This document shows, in pieces, positions 35,550-37,479 of a stretch of 37,479 nt of DNA (within the stretch, counting starts at the first letter, position 1; each line of letters begins with the position of its first letter). The position numbers and the translations under genes were made by a program. A model generated the notes under the pieces. The model saw nothing but the letters and a program-made list of their open reading frames with translations. It did not search any database and was not told where the DNA came from. Source of the stretch: an uncultured Lachnospiraceae bacterium (GTDB taxonomy: Bacteria > Bacillota > Clostridia > Lachnospirales > Lachnospiraceae); contig CAYRLN010000001.1 in assembly GCA_964425065.1 (NCBI GenBank), positions 1 through 37,479 of the forward strand. The letters are read 5' to 3'.

Positions 35550-37479
35550 ATGAAATTACCGGCAGAGGTAAAAGCGATGCTGGAACAAAATGCAATAGGG
35601 CAGGAAGAAGCGATTTTTTCTGCCCTGTTTGATTTAAGTGACAGCGGAGAATATGAAAACGGATATATCGTTCTTATGTCGGACAAACTCCTTGTCCTTC
35701 GCGGGCAGGGAACCGGTGCAGAGAGTTACAGACTGGACGAAATTGGGAAAATTGATGTGGAAAACGGAATCGGCTGTAATATGTTAACGATTCTTCAGGG
35801 GGAAGAATTGCAATATATTGCCCGCTTTACCAACTCCTGCCTTGCCAAGATGCTGCAACTGAAAAAAGGGGTGGAGCAGTTAAAAAGGGGAGAGGATTTT
35901 AAACCGCCCAAAGAGGAAGAAATCTGCTGTCCAAAGTGCGGAAAACGCTATCCCGATCCGGCCAGAAAAATATGCCCGGGCTGTATGGACAAGAGAACGG
36001 TTTTTTGGAGGGTACTGGGATATTTTAAGCCCTATGTGCCTCATTTTGTACTTATGTGCGTGACCATTCTGGGAACGGCTGTTTTAAATCTGGTGTGGCC
36101 CTATCTGAATGGTGAAATTTTGTATGATAAGGTTTTGGCTAACGAAGAAAGTTTCTTAAGACAGATCGGACTTGCACAGGGAGACTTCGTGACGGCGCTT
36201 TTGCTTTTGGTTTTGGCTATGGCAGCCACAAAAGTGGTACTTTTGGTGTTCCAGATTATTCACGGTGTTTTGACTGCCCACATGGTAGTAAATGTGGTGA
36301 AGGATATGAAAAAAGAAGTGTTCCGCAAAATGGGACAGCTTTCTATCAGCTTTTTTCGCAGCCGTCAAACCGGAGGCCTGATGACGAGAGTAATCAGTGA
36401 TGCAGACCATATTACGGGATTTTTTGTAGACGGAGCGCCCTACGTGTTGGTTCACTGTTTGACATTTATCGTCACTCTTGTGGTGATGCTTCAGATTAAC
36501 TGGAAGATGACGCTGGTCACCTTGTTGGTTTTACCGGTGCTGCTTCTTACTAACCGTGTACTTCGACCGAAGATTTGGATTATGCACGGAAGAAGACACA
36601 GAGCGGAACGCTCCGTAAACAGTAGTGTAAACGATAACCTGACCGGGGCGAGAGTGGTAAAAAGTTTCGGACAGGAAACTCAGGAGATACAGCGGTTCAA
36701 GGGTTCCAACAGGAGACTGCGGTATGCGGAAACCCATATTGCCTACCGCAGGAGTTTCTTTGATATCGTGTACGGAAGTGCCCAGAGCATTATGGACATG
36801 AGTGTATGGTTTTTGGGCGTTTATCTGCTTTGGGGAGAGCAGGGCATGGAACTTGGTACTCTGATAACCTTTGCAGGTTATGTGAGTCAGCTCAAGGGTC
36901 CTCTTAATTTTATGTCTTATGTTCCCAACTGGTGGGCGGAGAGTATGAACAGTGCCCAGCGTATCTTTGAGATTATTGACGCCATCCCGGAAGTGAAGGA
37001 GGCCGAGAATCCGGTTTCGCTGAAGGAGCCCAAAGGCGAAGTGGAACTGCAGAATGTGACCTTTGGTTACGAGGTTACAAGGCCGGTGCTGAAGGATGTA
37101 TCCTTACATATTAAGCCTGGCAGTATGCTTGGCATTGTGGGCCGTTCCGGTGCGGGAAAGACCACATTGGTCAACTTGATTTCCCGTATGTATGACGTAC
37201 AGGAAGGAAGAATTCTGATAGACGGCATTGACGTAAAAAATTTGTCTTTTGCAGATCTTAGGAAGAATGTATCCATGGTTTCCCAGGACACTTATATCTT
37301 TATGGGTACGGTGGCGGAAAACATAGCCTATGCCAATCCGGGTGCAGGCCATGGGGATGTGCTCCGGGCGGCAAAACTGGCGGGAGCACATGACTTTATT
37401 ATGAGAATGCCGGACGGATATGATACCTATATCGGTTCTTCGGGAAGAAGTCTTTCCGGCGGAGAAAGACAGAGGATTT
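35550..37479 (+). CDS. ABC exporter (TMD-NBD fusion) with N-terminal extension and Zn-ribbon, 3'-truncated by the window edge
   Basis: Not in the ORF track because it runs off the end. Hand translation from ATG 35550 (GGAGG RBS): MKLPAEVKAMLEQ...CCPKCGKRYPDPARKICPGC...; Walker A GRSGAGKTT at 37140-37166 and LSGGERQRI at the window end are in the same frame. Confidence 0.9.
   Translation, partial: MKLPAEVKAMLEQNAIGQEEAIFSALFDLSDSGEYENGYIVLMSDKLLVLRGQGTGAESYRLDEIGKIDVENGIGCNMLTILQGEELQYIARFTNSCLAKMLQLKKGVEQLKRGEDFKPPKEEEICCPKCGKRYPDPARKICPGCMDKRTVFWRVLGYFKPYVPHFVLMCVTILGTAVLNLVWPYLNGEILYDKVLANEESFLRQIGLAQGDFVTALLLLVLAMAATKVVLLVFQIIHGVLTAHMVVNVVKDMKKEVFRKMGQLSISFFRSRQTGGLMTRVISDADHITGFFVDGAPYVLVHCLTFIVTLVVMLQINWKMTLVTLLVLPVLLLTNRVLRPKIWIMHGRRHRAERSVNSSVNDNLTGARVVKSFGQETQEIQRFKGSNRRLRYAETHIAYRRSFFDIVYGSAQSIMDMSVWFLGVYLLWGEQGMELGTLITFAGYVSQLKGPLNFMSYVPNWWAESMNSAQRIFEIIDAIPEVKEAENPVSLKEPKGEVELQNVTFGYEVTRPVLKDVSLHIKPGSMLGIVGRSGAGKTTLVNLISRMYDVQEGRILIDGIDVKNLSFADLRKNVSMVSQDTYIFMGTVAENIAYANPGAGHGDVLRAAKLAGAHDFIMRMPDGYDTYIGSSGRSLSGGERQRI

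Noticed and set aside
448..37391. Numerous antisense or nested ORFs in the track (e.g. 448-1179, 7042-7788, 15202-16158, 23199-23990, 32663-33709)
   Set aside because: They overlap well-supported genes, lack recognisable motifs or RBSs, and look like codon-bias shadows.
1..37479. CRISPR array, tRNA/rRNA, IS, integrase, prophage or known defence genes
   Set aside because: No spaced repeats, structural RNA signatures, transposase, recombinase or nuclease motifs seen; intergenic gaps are all under 300 nt.

Overview
Gene-dense chromosomal window from a spore-forming Clostridia-class bacterium (gene content suggests Lachnospiraceae; inference). No rRNA, tRNA, CRISPR array or mobile element was recognised. 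In order: the 3' part of htpG and greA; a minus-strand block with a SleC-type spore cortex-lytic enzyme and a YtrA/GntR-ABC operon; a five-gene operon of unknown function (1190-aa DUF5717-like protein, degenerate Hsp70-like DUF5716-like protein, TPR protein, membrane coiled-coil protein, membrane-anchored Ig-stalk transglutaminase-like protein); a Dlt-like aminoacylation operon (Asp/Glu racemase, stand-alone adenylation enzyme, carrier protein, MBOAT with a fused FIYNQF acyl-shuttle motif, SGNH transferase with Cys in place of the catalytic Ser, lipoprotein); a purF lacking the N-terminal catalytic Cys; and a >15-kb co-oriented run joining cytoplasmic xylan enzymes (GH8, SGNH esterase, GH115) to a MacAB/FtsX-type transporter and a truncated Zn-ribbon ABC exporter missing from the ORF track. 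The best candidates for an undescribed system are the Dlt-like operon, which appears to transfer a D-acidic amino acid rather than D-Ala to a surface polymer, and the pseudo-Hsp70/TPR/transglutaminase operon. All family assignments come from motif recognition by eye; no searches were run.
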